The notes below the pieces were generated by a model, which did not search any database, was not told the origin of the DNA, and saw only the letters and a list, made by a program, of their open reading frames with translations. The translations under genes and the position numbers were made by a program. A stretch of 64,000 nucleotides of DNA from a virus (lineage: Duplodnaviria; Caudoviricetes): the IMG/VR virus record IMGVR_UViG_3300042451_000960. The stretch is one strand, 5' to 3'. Each line of letters starts with the position of its first letter. Within the stretch, counting starts at the first letter, position 1. Shown here in pieces: positions 1-9,200 of this stretch.

Positions 1-692
1 GTTTCAGCTGATGCTGATTTTTCATCTTCAGAAGTTGCTGATGGATTCAACCAACCTTCTAATACATTTTTCAATTCTGCATAAGTTAATTCTGAATAAA
101 GTTCAGTAATTTCTTTTTGAGAAGATAAGTACTTATCCGTTTCTTCTTTTGAAGTTGCCAATGGAGTTTCCTTTGGTTTAACACGGATTGTTGTTACAGG
201 GTAAGATGTACCACTGTCTTCAGCTGATACTACTTCAACAGTAATATCTCTACCTTCATTTGGGTCAGTAATATCACCATAATCAGGATCTGCCATATAA
301 CCAAGAATTTCTTGATATACAGTTTTTCCAAAGCCCCAGAATCTTACGCCTTCACCTTCTTCACCTCTTACCAATACTGGTACAAAAGTTCTAAGTTTCG
401 GCTCCATTTTCTTAGCAGCTTTCCAATCTTCCTTATCACCCATTCTTTTAAGTTTATCAGCAAACTCAACGATTGGGTCAGGTCTACCGAATGACATCGG
501 AGATAGATAAGTTTTGTTGTTAATGTTGTAGTGAAAGTACAATTCAATGAAAGGATTCTCTTTATTGAATTTGTAAGGGACTAAACGAATAGTGTGTTTG
601 CCCGGTGCTGGTTTCCAAAGTTCTACAGTTGTTCTTTGGGTGTTTTGCAGTTTGTTAAGTCTGCTCTTAATTGCGTCTAAATTAATAGCCAT
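1..692 (-). CDS. Single-stranded DNA-binding protein, T4 gp32-like (3' end runs off the window; absent from the ORF track)
   Basis: Manual translation from ATG at 692: MAINLDAIKSRLNKLQ...WKPAPGKHTIRLVPYK...PFIELYFHY...SPMSFGRPDPIVE...WGFGKTVYQEILG...DYGDITDPNEGRDI, open to base 1; these motifs are typical of gp32-like phage SSBs. Confidence 0.85.
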   Translation of the reverse strand, partial: MAINLDAIKSRLNKLQNTQRTTVELWKPAPGKHTIRLVPYKFNKENPFIELYFHYNINNKTYLSPMSFGRPDPIVEFADKLKRMGDKEDWKAAKKMEPKLRTFVPVLVRGEEGEGVRFWGFGKTVYQEILGYMADPDYGDITDPNEGRDITVEVVSAEDSGTSYPVTTIRVKPKETPLATSKEETDKYLSSQKEITELYSELTYAELKNVLEGWLNPSATSEDEKSASAE

Positions 693-767
693 GTCTTTTA
701 AGTTTTAAGAGTTTAAGTTTTAAAACGTTTATGTTTTAAGGTTGGATTATAGTGTCTTTCCTACACT
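693..767 (-). promoter_or_regulatory. Putative translational operator in the SSB leader (hairpin plus three TTAAAACWTAAAM repeats)
   Basis: Minus strand reads AGTGT-AGGAAAG-ACACT hairpin (751-767), then TTAAAACATAAAC, TTAAAACTTAAAC and TTAAAACTTAAAA immediately before the ATG. Confidence 0.5.
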
Positions 768-797
768 TCCGTTACACATATAAATATAAAGGAGATA

Positions 798-829
798 CAA
801 ATATACGAAGAATTCCTGATATTTCCAAA
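798..829 (-). promoter_or_regulatory. Bacteroidota sigma70-type promoter (proximal SSB promoter)
   Basis: TTTG at 829-826, 20-nt spacer, TATATTTG at 805-798. Confidence 0.75.
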
Positions 830-866
830 TCTTTTTTCTACTATATTTTTATGGTAAAAGATGTAA

Positions 867-898
867 CAAATATAGTAAAAATTTGTTACAATACCAAA
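867..898 (-). promoter_or_regulatory. Bacteroidota sigma70-type promoter (distal SSB promoter)
   Basis: TTTG at 898-895, 20-nt spacer, TATATTTG at 874-867; overlapped by the inverted repeat TGTAACAAAT-N9-ATTTGTTACA (862-890). Confidence 0.75.
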
Positions 899-930
899 TA
901 AAAAAGGGAGTATTTTTTACTCCCTTTTTT
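899..930 (-). terminator. Rho-independent terminator after the endolysin
   Basis: AAAAAAGGGAGTA / TACTCCCTTTTTT inverted repeat directly after the lysin stop codon, with a U-tract on the minus strand. Confidence 0.8.
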
Positions 931-1763
931 TATGCCAATAAATGATAATATTCTTTAAAGTGTTTGATTCTGTCCGGTAATCCAATTGTTCCTCCGTTTA
1001 CTCTTTTAGTAATCTTTGTTACAACTGTATCACTAGCTCCCTCATCTGCCATCTTATGTAATCCGTTTTTAGAGAAGAACCAAGCTGCTGATAATAATGC
1101 GTACTTAGATGCTACTACATCAGGATTAGAAGGAATATCTTCTCCGATTGATTTACCAAATGCAGTATAGTTTTCCTTACCTGTTAATTGGATATATCCT
1201 CTACCTCTGAATTTGTAGCCTTCACCACTGGCTTCATCGCCATTACCCATACGAGATGCATATACTTTGTTTGCAATCTTTTGTGGGTTTCTTTGATATG
1301 CATTTGCAATTGCTTCAGTTGGGAAATACTTTTTGAATATACCCATTAGTCCTTTCGCAGAATAATTTAAGTTCTCTTGCGTTGCTTTGAATCCACCACT
1401 CTCATGTCCACATTGTGCTAAGAAGTGTGCTAATCTTAATGGAGTGTTAATTTGGAATTTAGCTGCGGTATCGGGAATCATTGCGATTACTGCATCAGGA
1501 ATATGTCCTTTTAACTTATCCAATTTCAATCCACCTACCGGTACTATTGGTTGAACTGGTGCTGGTGGTGGAGTTCCCTCTCCCATAATTTTAGCCCAAG
1601 TTGCATCACCTACAATACCATCGGCAGGAAGTCCGTGCTTTGCTTGGAATTCTTTTACTGCCTGTTCCGTTTTAGGTCCAAAGTTAGTAACTGCTGGAGA
1701 TATACCTAATTTCTCCTGCATCAATTTTACGTTTTCGTTATTATCACCTTTTTTTAATAACAT
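930..1763 (-). CDS. Endolysin: N-terminal peptidoglycan-binding domain plus GH19 (chitinase/lysozyme-like) catalytic domain
   Basis: FGPKTEQAVKEFQAKHGLPADGIVGDATW (PG_binding_1 pattern); RLAHFLAQCGHESGGF and YKFRGRGYIQLTGKENY (GH19 motifs). Confidence 0.92.
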   Translation of the reverse strand: MLLKKGDNNENVKLMQEKLGISPAVTNFGPKTEQAVKEFQAKHGLPADGIVGDATWAKIMGEGTPPPAPVQPIVPVGGLKLDKLKGHIPDAVIAMIPDTAAKFQINTPLRLAHFLAQCGHESGGFKATQENLNYSAKGLMGIFKKYFPTEAIANAYQRNPQKIANKVYASRMGNGDEASGEGYKFRGRGYIQLTGKENYTAFGKSIGEDIPSNPDVVASKYALLSAAWFFSKNGLHKMADEGASDTVVTKITKRVNGGTIGLPDRIKHFKEYYHLLA

Positions 1764-1767
1764 AGCT

Positions 1768-2538
1768 TTAATATTTTTTAATTTCTTTGTACATTATAAC
1801 TTGTTTAGGTTTTATAACTATTTCATTCCATAGGGATGTCTTATTATCTCTACAATCTTCCACATTTCTGCAAAGATTACTTTCATTATCAGGATATGAT
1901 AATCTGAACATATTAACAGCTTTATGTCCTCTATCAGTTGCGAATGTTTTTGCATCTGATTTGAATGCTGCTACCAATGTTCCACTTAATTTTACTAATA
2001 TATTACTTTCCGGTCTGAAAAATTCTTTAGCTTGTGTTGTAAATCCAGATATAGAAAATCCATATCCATTTTGTACACTATCAATTAAGTTTATTAATCC
2101 CTCTTTTGATGTCCAATGTAATACTGTCATTTCTTCATCAACAGTTCCATAGGTATCCATAGTAAATTGTACATCCATTAATAGATATGGTTCTATCGCT
2201 CCTCTAGAATAAAAGAAAGCAATCTTATCATTATCTATATTGATTATATAATCTTTATAATCTTTTTTTAAAGACCATACTTTATGATTTACAAAATCTT
2301 CTATAAAATCCAATACCTTCTTTCTTGTCAAATCGGGAAATTGTTCGGTTTCAATAAATAATTGATACGAAAAGTATTTGTTAATTAAATCTATTAATTG
2401 TGGACTATAATCAATTGTACCACCTCTAGTATCAAATCCGTTTTTTTGTAGGGCTAGAAATTCTTTACAAATGGATTCCCATTCGGATATTGTGTGAAAT
2501 GAGCTTTCCGGTTTAAAATACCCTCTAACCTTATACAT
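1768..2538 (-). CDS. Hypothetical protein, possible ADP-ribosyltransferase-like fold in the C-terminal half
   Basis: 256-aa ORF with its own TATTTATA motif; VLHWTS...SISGFT...NEIVI spacing resembles the H/R-S-E strands of ART folds. Confidence 0.55.
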   Translation of the reverse strand: MYKVRGYFKPESSFHTISEWESICKEFLALQKNGFDTRGGTIDYSPQLIDLINKYFSYQLFIETEQFPDLTRKKVLDFIEDFVNHKVWSLKKDYKDYIINIDNDKIAFFYSRGAIEPYLLMDVQFTMDTYGTVDEEMTVLHWTSKEGLINLIDSVQNGYGFSISGFTTQAKEFFRPESNILVKLSGTLVAAFKSDAKTFATDRGHKAVNMFRLSYPDNESNLCRNVEDCRDNKTSLWNEIVIKPKQVIMYKEIKKY

Positions 2539-2552
2539 AGTAATTATAAATA

Positions 2553-2969
2553 TTACTGCTGTTTATTTTCACCCTCACCGAAGTCAATTACTTCAAAAAC
2601 TCTTGTCTGAATTTTCTTAGTTCCTTCGGCATTTGTTAATATGATTGAATTCTTAAATTTCTGCCAATTGATGACAAATGAATTATCTAACACGCCACCA
2701 TTTTCTTCTTTTACCAATTCGTTTAGGGCGTTGATAGTATATAATGTATTAGATTCTTTCTTTCTATGTATTAAAATAGTGTTTTCCAACGGGGTATCGG
2801 GTTGGAAAGCTGTATCAATATTGTACGTGATGAATAACTCATCTAAATTCGCCTTATTTTGGAGAATATAAATGTAATTATAAACAATGTGGTAAGTTTC
2901 TCTAATTAATTGTAATGTATTTTGTAACTCACCTTTTGTTGTAAACGTACATAATAACTGTGTTTTCAT
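2553..2969 (-). CDS. Conserved-looking phage hypothetical protein
   Basis: 138-aa ORF (MKTQLLCTFTT...HRKKESNTLYTINALNEL) with a late motif upstream; fills the gap between neighbours without overlap. Confidence 0.75.
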   Translation of the reverse strand: MKTQLLCTFTTKGELQNTLQLIRETYHIVYNYIYILQNKANLDELFITYNIDTAFQPDTPLENTILIHRKKESNTLYTINALNELVKEENGGVLDNSFVINWQKFKNSIILTNAEGTKKIQTRVFEVIDFGEGENKQQ

Positions 2970-3035
2970 CCTCTTTTTCCTTTTTCTTTTATATCATCTA
3001 TAAATATGAAAAAACGGATGAAAGGATATTTTCAG

Positions 3036-6000
3036 TTATTTTGATTTTAATAAATTCTTTGGTGGCTCGGATTCAATATGCGATGGATTCTGATTTGTTG
3101 GTGCTCCAGTCACACATCCCGTCTTTTCATCTACAGCTGTACCAAATCCTGGGTTGTGGTGTGGATTCATATAACAAGGTTTATTTACACCATCTGCTAT
3201 ATCATCGGTAATTCTAGTTGCAACACCATCTTTATTTTGAGAAACTTCTTCATTAAAATTACTAAATCTAGTATATGCTACATCTTTATTATTAATAACG
3301 GCTGTAAGGTGCATCATAGTATGGTGTAACACGGTTGCTTTTTCAAAATTAGCTCTATTAGCCCCTTTACATCTAGCTATATCTTTTAATCCACCTTTTA
3401 ATGTATTTGCCGCTTGACCTTGTCCAATTTTTTTAATTAATTCCGCATCTTGCTTTGTAATAATTCCCGATTTTATAGCGTAAGCCATAGCTTCGTTTAT
3501 TTTTTTATCTGCGGCTTTTATATCAGAATCTTTAATGTTTAATTGATTATTTTTATCTTTTGGATACGCCAAAGAATAAACATCTTGCATACCCAACAAA
3601 ACATCTTTAGTTTTAGGATTTCTATATTCAGTTTGTGTTATTTTTGAATAGTTGGCAGAACCACCACCACCTTTGTATTTAACACTCAGCCCACCAACAT
3701 ACGTTACGGTTACAGCATAGAATTGAAGATTTTCAGCTATTGATTCTTCTACTGTTTGTCCCTTCTTAGGCTTAACACTAAATTCATCCGGCATTACTAT
3801 AATATCAGCTGTTTGGAAGTTTTCAGATGCTGGGAAATAAACTTGTTTACCCTCTGCTAAGAATTGTAATCCGGCTTTCATTTCTGCAAAATCTGCCACA
3901 GAATCTTTAAAATCAGGCGCATTTGCCATATCTAAAAGTAATTGGTCTAAAGATTCTTTATATAAAGTTCTTGTTTTTTCATCAGTTTCTAAAGATGCTT
4001 TAGAATTAAGAACTTTTAATTTATTTAAAGTATCAAATACTTTTTTATTTTCAGGTGTACCTTTTAAATTTTCTTTACCAAATGTTTTACCAAAATTATC
4101 CAATTCGGTTTCAAACCTTTTGGTAATACCATCTAATATAGTTGATGCTGTCTTTTTTCTAGTTTGTGGTGTTGTTACATCACCAAAATTTGCCATAGAT
4201 ATTTTACCACCAGATGCATCACCAATTCTAGCCAAATCATCTAATTTTTGATTATAAGCTCTAGTTTGTAAATGTAAAATATTTGCTTTTTTCTTAGCCT
4301 CTTCTGGATTAACTCCCCTTTTTATTAAGATTTGTGTTAGTTGCTTTTCATCCAAATCTTTTAGTCTTTTCATTTCTTTACCAGCTATGTTTACTCCATT
4401 GGTTGTTTTTTTAATATCAACCATAGTTTCTGGCTTAGATGGATTTATTGCCGATGACATTTTCAATGGTGTGAATACTTTCTTACCAATTGCACCTTCC
4501 GATGATTTACCCACATTTAATTTTCTAGAAAGAGCAAAACCTCTAATAGAATCACCCATAGCTGTATTATCTGAAGAAATCTCCACACTTTCATATCCTT
4601 GTTGAGGATGTCTACCCACAAGCTTTTTAGCAAAGTATAATTTATTACTTCCGTTTTCAGGGTTAGTTACTATTTTTGTAGTTTTATTTAATACCTTAAT
4701 ATCATCTACACCAAGTTGCTCCCCACTTAACAATTTTTTTACTGCCAATTGTGCGGTTTTCAATGGTATATAATCAAACTTACCACTACCAGGCGCAGTT
4801 TCTAATTTAATTAATCCTTTTTTATCACTAAGATTTGAAATTTTTTGCAATTGAGAATTAGATGCTTCTATTTTTTTAGCTATAATAGCCATTTTTTTAG
4901 AGTCATCTTTTTGTTTTGAATTTTTAAAAAAAGCATCTTTGAAAGAAGAAACTTTAGAAGATGTTTTTTGCGATTGTGGTTCTAATTCTTTTTCTTTAGT
5001 TTTTCTAAATCCTAAACCTTGACCAGGAATTTCTTTTGGTTTTGGTTTCGCCCCCAATTCTTTATCACTAACACCTGATTTTTTTAACAATTTAATTGCC
5101 GATTGATAAGCTTGTATTTGTCCTTTATTTTTAGCATCTTTATATTTTAGAGCTGATGATACTTTAATATCTTTTCCAGTTTCTGGGTTTTTAACTGTTT
5201 GGTCTAATACATCTATTGTTTTATTAATTGGATTTGCTTCATCAATAAATCCATAAATCATTTCTAACATTAACTCATCTGCTAATTGTAAGTTTTCTTC
5301 TTTCATTTCTGGATTTTGCATATTATCTATTTCTCCTTTGTCTTTCTTTTCATTATAGGAATCAACCATTGCTTCCATTTGCTCCTCACTTATATCCATT
5401 TCCTCAATACCCTTAGAAATCATTTCCATAAACTTTTCCATATTTGCATCAATCTCCGCTTCACCATCCGCATCGGCAAATATTGCTGCCCTTCCTGCAC
5501 CTTTCAATATTGTTTCACCAACAACGTGTGGTATAAATTCAATTGCAACATGCTTAGCAAATCCAGCAGCTCCATATGATAAGCCACCCATAGCGGCACC
5601 GAATATAGCCGTTGTTGCTATTTTAATACCCACTGCTTTTAATGCCTTTGCCTCATGCTCACTAACAGGTTTGCCACTAAAGAAATTCTTAGCTCCCATT
5701 CCAGCAGCTTTGAATTCTTCAATTTCATGCTTAGCTCCTTTCTTAATTGCTTTTAATGCACCCTTTGCTTTATCTTTAATAGCTTGACCTAAAGTTCTTC
5801 TTGGTTCTGCTCCTGCTTTGTAATATCCTTTTTCAAAAAATTCCTTTTCATCCTCTTGCCACTTAGAAATTTTATTCTTAATCTTATCAGTAAGTTTTGT
5901 GAATGATGAAACTTTTTTAGGTTTTTCATCTGCCGGCTTTACATCAGTTTCTTTGTTAGCATCTGCTTTTTTAGCCGCAATACCCATATCTTCTGCAAAC

Positions 6001-7268
6001 TTATTTGCCATTGGAATTGCATCTTTAATATCTTGGTCTAACACCTGAACCTTCATTGGAATTTGCTTTTCAGGATATTTTGCATTATAAGCTGCTACCG
6101 CTGCCCAACGATGATGTCCATCAATTACAAATCCATCTCTACTTACATAAATTGGAGCTGTAATCTTTTCGTGGTTAGGGTCTTTTTCTAACGCACCCAT
6201 CATACCAACTACTTTAGCACCAACCAATTCCGATTGAGTTGCTTTTAATTTATCAGCAGGTACTTCGGTTTGTGTTACCTTAATACCTTTTTCTTTCAAC
6301 ATTTCTCTAAACACAGGTTCGGTATCTACCTCACCGCTTGCATCAACAGGCATATTAGCCGCTCTACTACCAGGTTGAGCCGTACCTTTAAATTGTGGCA
6401 TCTCAGAACGTGGGATACCCATATTATCATCACAATATAAGTTAGTACCAGGCACAGTCACATCACATAAGTTAATATTTGGTGCCTTCTCTCCCTTAGC
6501 CTTTGCATCAGCAACCATTTGCTGAACTTTACTAATATCGGTATTGAATTTATTTAAATCTTCTTTATCTACCCCATCAGGTATATCCGAACTTGCGCCA
6601 AATGTTTCTGGGTCAGCTTGTGGAATTTCCGATTTTACATCTTGTGCTGGAATTGGTTCGAATCCCGCTTCTGCTTTTGGTTCTTCTTTTGGACTTTCAG
6701 CTTCTTTATCAGATTCTGCATCTTTTGCTAATTGAGCTTGAACTTCTTTTTCCTTATCCATACGAGCTGCCATAGCAGGGTCTGCTTTAGGGTCAAACAT
6801 AGCTTGTGCTTGCTTCATTTTTTCTTCTTCACCACCACCCTTATCTTCACCGCCTTCTTTACCTTTTGGTTCTGCCGGCTTTGTTGGTTGACCTTCTCCA
6901 CCTAAATCTTTATTAAGTGCATCTCTTTCTTCAGAACCTTCCGGTGGTAAAGTTCTTTCTGCTGCTTGTCTACCAGGGTGTTCTTTTGGTAATCTTAAAA
7001 GGTTACCAACTATACCTTCAGCATCCTCACCCTTTGTGTTTTTATAATTAATTTTTTTATTAAGAGCTGGGTTTTTGAATCCACCTTCTTCCGCTTCGTT
7101 AAGATTTTTTACTAAGTCACTTTGAATATGAGATAGACCCATTTCAGAAAGTACAATACCCAACTCCTTTATATGGGTTGGGTTCTTTGGGTCAGGCATA
7201 CCATTTTCAACTCTATATGCCCATTCGGATAGTATTTCGTTTATTAATTCAGATAAATTCATATTCAT
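3036..7268 (-). CDS. 1410-aa multidomain putative internal head/ejection protein with a ParB/Srx-like domain and a C-terminal PD-(D/E)xK-like nuclease motif
   Basis: ParB core LKATQSEL...PIYVSRDGFVIDGHHRWAA; hydrophobic segment IATTAIFGAAMGGLSYGAAGF; FPASENFQTADII...LSVKYKGG; many (L/I)xE motifs at the N-terminus; TAATG coupling to the upstream gene. Confidence 0.7.
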   Translation of the reverse strand: MNMNLSELINEILSEWAYRVENGMPDPKNPTHIKELGIVLSEMGLSHIQSDLVKNLNEAEEGGFKNPALNKKINYKNTKGEDAEGIVGNLLRLPKEHPGRQAAERTLPPEGSEERDALNKDLGGEGQPTKPAEPKGKEGGEDKGGGEEEKMKQAQAMFDPKADPAMAARMDKEKEVQAQLAKDAESDKEAESPKEEPKAEAGFEPIPAQDVKSEIPQADPETFGASSDIPDGVDKEDLNKFNTDISKVQQMVADAKAKGEKAPNINLCDVTVPGTNLYCDDNMGIPRSEMPQFKGTAQPGSRAANMPVDASGEVDTEPVFREMLKEKGIKVTQTEVPADKLKATQSELVGAKVVGMMGALEKDPNHEKITAPIYVSRDGFVIDGHHRWAAVAAYNAKYPEKQIPMKVQVLDQDIKDAIPMANKFAEDMGIAAKKADANKETDVKPADEKPKKVSSFTKLTDKIKNKISKWQEDEKEFFEKGYYKAGAEPRRTLGQAIKDKAKGALKAIKKGAKHEIEEFKAAGMGAKNFFSGKPVSEHEAKALKAVGIKIATTAIFGAAMGGLSYGAAGFAKHVAIEFIPHVVGETILKGAGRAAIFADADGEAEIDANMEKFMEMISKGIEEMDISEEQMEAMVDSYNEKKDKGEIDNMQNPEMKEENLQLADELMLEMIYGFIDEANPINKTIDVLDQTVKNPETGKDIKVSSALKYKDAKNKGQIQAYQSAIKLLKKSGVSDKELGAKPKPKEIPGQGLGFRKTKEKELEPQSQKTSSKVSSFKDAFFKNSKQKDDSKKMAIIAKKIEASNSQLQKISNLSDKKGLIKLETAPGSGKFDYIPLKTAQLAVKKLLSGEQLGVDDIKVLNKTTKIVTNPENGSNKLYFAKKLVGRHPQQGYESVEISSDNTAMGDSIRGFALSRKLNVGKSSEGAIGKKVFTPLKMSSAINPSKPETMVDIKKTTNGVNIAGKEMKRLKDLDEKQLTQILIKRGVNPEEAKKKANILHLQTRAYNQKLDDLARIGDASGGKISMANFGDVTTPQTRKKTASTILDGITKRFETELDNFGKTFGKENLKGTPENKKVFDTLNKLKVLNSKASLETDEKTRTLYKESLDQLLLDMANAPDFKDSVADFAEMKAGLQFLAEGKQVYFPASENFQTADIIVMPDEFSVKPKKGQTVEESIAENLQFYAVTVTYVGGLSVKYKGGGGSANYSKITQTEYRNPKTKDVLLGMQDVYSLAYPKDKNNQLNIKDSDIKAADKKINEAMAYAIKSGIITKQDAELIKKIGQGQAANTLKGGLKDIARCKGANRANFEKATVLHHTMMHLTAVINNKDVAYTRFSNFNEEVSQNKDGVATRITDDIADGVNKPCYMNPHHNPGFGTAVDEKTGCVTGAPTNQNPSHIESEPPKNLLKSK

Positions 7269-7876
7269 TAAAATTTGTGGTCTTCAGCTTCACATATCAT
7301 TTCTAATTCTTCCCAAGAAAACTTAGGCTTTTCATTTAGAAATACAAAACATTTCCATTTCTTTTGTTTTTCAAAGTAAACGTGTTTTTGTAAGTGTGAT
7401 GGAATCGCTGCACCAGTTGGTACTCTTTTAACCGGAGTATCAAAGAAAGTTTTTATTAAAACGGTGATTGGTTCTACATCATCCCATTTACGGATTTGTT
7501 CTTCCAACATTCTCCACTCACCTCTATTAAGATATTGATTTTGCATTATTGAATTTAGATATGAGAATGTTTGCTTTAAGTTCACTTCATTATCAGAAAA
7601 TGTTGCTGCAGGAGCTCCATGTCCTTTATCGTAAACATTTCCTTTATAATCATCACCATCGGATGTTTTAATTCCCTTTTCAGTATAGAAATCCATATGA
7701 CCTCTATTAACGTTTGTAGGTCGGTTTGTAGAACGATATTTAATCACTAAAGGTTGTTCTAATGATTGTGAATAAAGTATATCAAACACTTCATTTTTCA
7801 CTCTCACATCAGCCAATTGTCCAAACGATGTTAAGGAAACAATTAAAAACAATAAAAGGAACGTAATTTTTCTCAT
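7268..7876 (-). CDS. DNA/RNA non-specific endonuclease (His-Me finger, NucA/EndA-like) with an N-terminal signal peptide; start reassigned to 7876
   Basis: YDKGHGAPAA (DRGH-type motif) and MQNQYLNRGEWRMLE; MRKITFLLLFLIVSLTSFG-Q signal peptide; the TATTTATA motif at 7901-7908 lies inside the longer ORF-track call, favouring the downstream ATG. Confidence 0.85.
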   Translation of the reverse strand: MRKITFLLLFLIVSLTSFGQLADVRVKNEVFDILYSQSLEQPLVIKYRSTNRPTNVNRGHMDFYTEKGIKTSDGDDYKGNVYDKGHGAPAATFSDNEVNLKQTFSYLNSIMQNQYLNRGEWRMLEEQIRKWDDVEPITVLIKTFFDTPVKRVPTGAAIPSHLQKHVYFEKQKKWKCFVFLNEKPKFSWEELEMICEAEDHKF

Positions 7877-7914
7877 ATTATAGCATATTTTTGTATATAC
7901 TATAAATATGTTCT

Positions 7915-9195
7915 TTAGAGGTTTCCGTAAGTTTTTCCCCAACTTGCTTTGATTGGAAACCCACCTTCTTCAATTATTTCTTTCAAACCCTTAATCAAAC
8001 TCTTATCCACATTGGTAGGTACATCAAATAGAAACGAGTCATAGGTATATAGGTCTAATGTAATCCCAGTCCCCTTAATAAAATCTAATATCTTTCTCAT
8101 CTTTTCAACATTCACTTCCGTTTCAAATGCCTGAAGTAGATAGTTAAATACTTTTTGTGGGTTTGCTTGTTCAACCCAATCCAATGGAATTAATCGGTTT
8201 GGTGTCTTAATACAACTACATTCAACACTCGCATCCCAAAATCGGTCTATGAAATCTGCCACCTTATCAAAGTACGGAATCTGTCTAAATTCGTCATCAA
8301 TCCCACCATATAAAAGACGGAATGTTACTCCTTTAGCCTCATCAATTCCACAACCATATTGTTCAGCCAACCATTGGTGAACGTTTCCATCAGGCATAGG
8401 GTATCCTACCAATTTACCGATTAGTCTTGGGTGATATGCGTTGTAATCCATTTGTAGGAATATCCCATCAGAAACGAACACATCTCTACTACCATCGGTT
8501 TTGTTTAGGGCGGCATAGTTCACACCGGCATGTCTATTCGAAGGTCTACCAGTTACAGTGAACGGATTGTATTCGGTGTACACTACATCACCTTTGAGAT
8601 GTTTGTAGGCTTGGGGCCATCTATCAACAAATTTTTCCCTATCGACCCGAATCCCAAATCGTTCAATATCTGAAAGGGTTGGTAAGAAGGTATCGTTGTA
8701 CCAATTATAAGTTTTACTCTTTTGATTTGTATGTTTAAGTAATTGTGGTTCTATTGCTTCCGCAAGTTTAAGAATAGGAATGGATTGAATGACATCTTCT
8801 CGGTAACCCCTATGAATAAGGGGAGCTACTAAGTGGTGTAGTGGTTGAGAATAGTCTATTGTTTCACCTGTCTTTAAGAAATAAGCGGTGTCAATGTCAT
8901 TCAGTCCTTCCCTTAGTGTAACAAAAGATTGTAGTAGCTTTTTCTTTTGGAATACCCATTTTTCTCCGGCAGTATTCAACAGTCCCTCTATTTGCTCATT
9001 AGAGAGTGATAGAGCGTCTGTGTGTTGATGTGGTAGTATATACCTGTCCGTTAGGGTTCTTACGAATATAAACGATATAGGGGTATTACATGGGTGCTTA
9101 TCATTATCTACCCATAGTGAATACCAAATGGATGGTTCAGTTTCCAGCTTTACCTTTAATTCGTTTAATTCGTCAATAGACTCAACAATTCTCAT
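7915..9195 (-). CDS. Short divergent family A DNA polymerase-like protein (426 aa); start reassigned to 9195
   Basis: TGRPSN, motif A FLQMDYNAYHPR, motif B AKGVTFRLLYGG, motif C YTYDSFLF. The ORF-track N-terminal 49 aa overlap the tmRNA and its terminator. Confidence 0.8.
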   Translation of the reverse strand: MRIVESIDELNELKVKLETEPSIWYSLWVDNDKHPCNTPISFIFVRTLTDRYILPHQHTDALSLSNEQIEGLLNTAGEKWVFQKKKLLQSFVTLREGLNDIDTAYFLKTGETIDYSQPLHHLVAPLIHRGYREDVIQSIPILKLAEAIEPQLLKHTNQKSKTYNWYNDTFLPTLSDIERFGIRVDREKFVDRWPQAYKHLKGDVVYTEYNPFTVTGRPSNRHAGVNYAALNKTDGSRDVFVSDGIFLQMDYNAYHPRLIGKLVGYPMPDGNVHQWLAEQYGCGIDEAKGVTFRLLYGGIDDEFRQIPYFDKVADFIDRFWDASVECSCIKTPNRLIPLDWVEQANPQKVFNYLLQAFETEVNVEKMRKILDFIKGTGITLDLYTYDSFLFDVPTNVDKSLIKGLKEIIEEGGFPIKASWGKTYGNL

Positions 9196-9200
9196 TACCA

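Noticed and set aside
312-494. 60-aa plus-strand ORF and other short plus-strand ORFs throughout
   Set aside because: They lie antisense to well-supported minus-strand genes and show no recognisable motifs.
930-2969. Holin or spanin next to the endolysin
   Set aside because: Neighbouring ORFs lack transmembrane or lipoprotein signatures.
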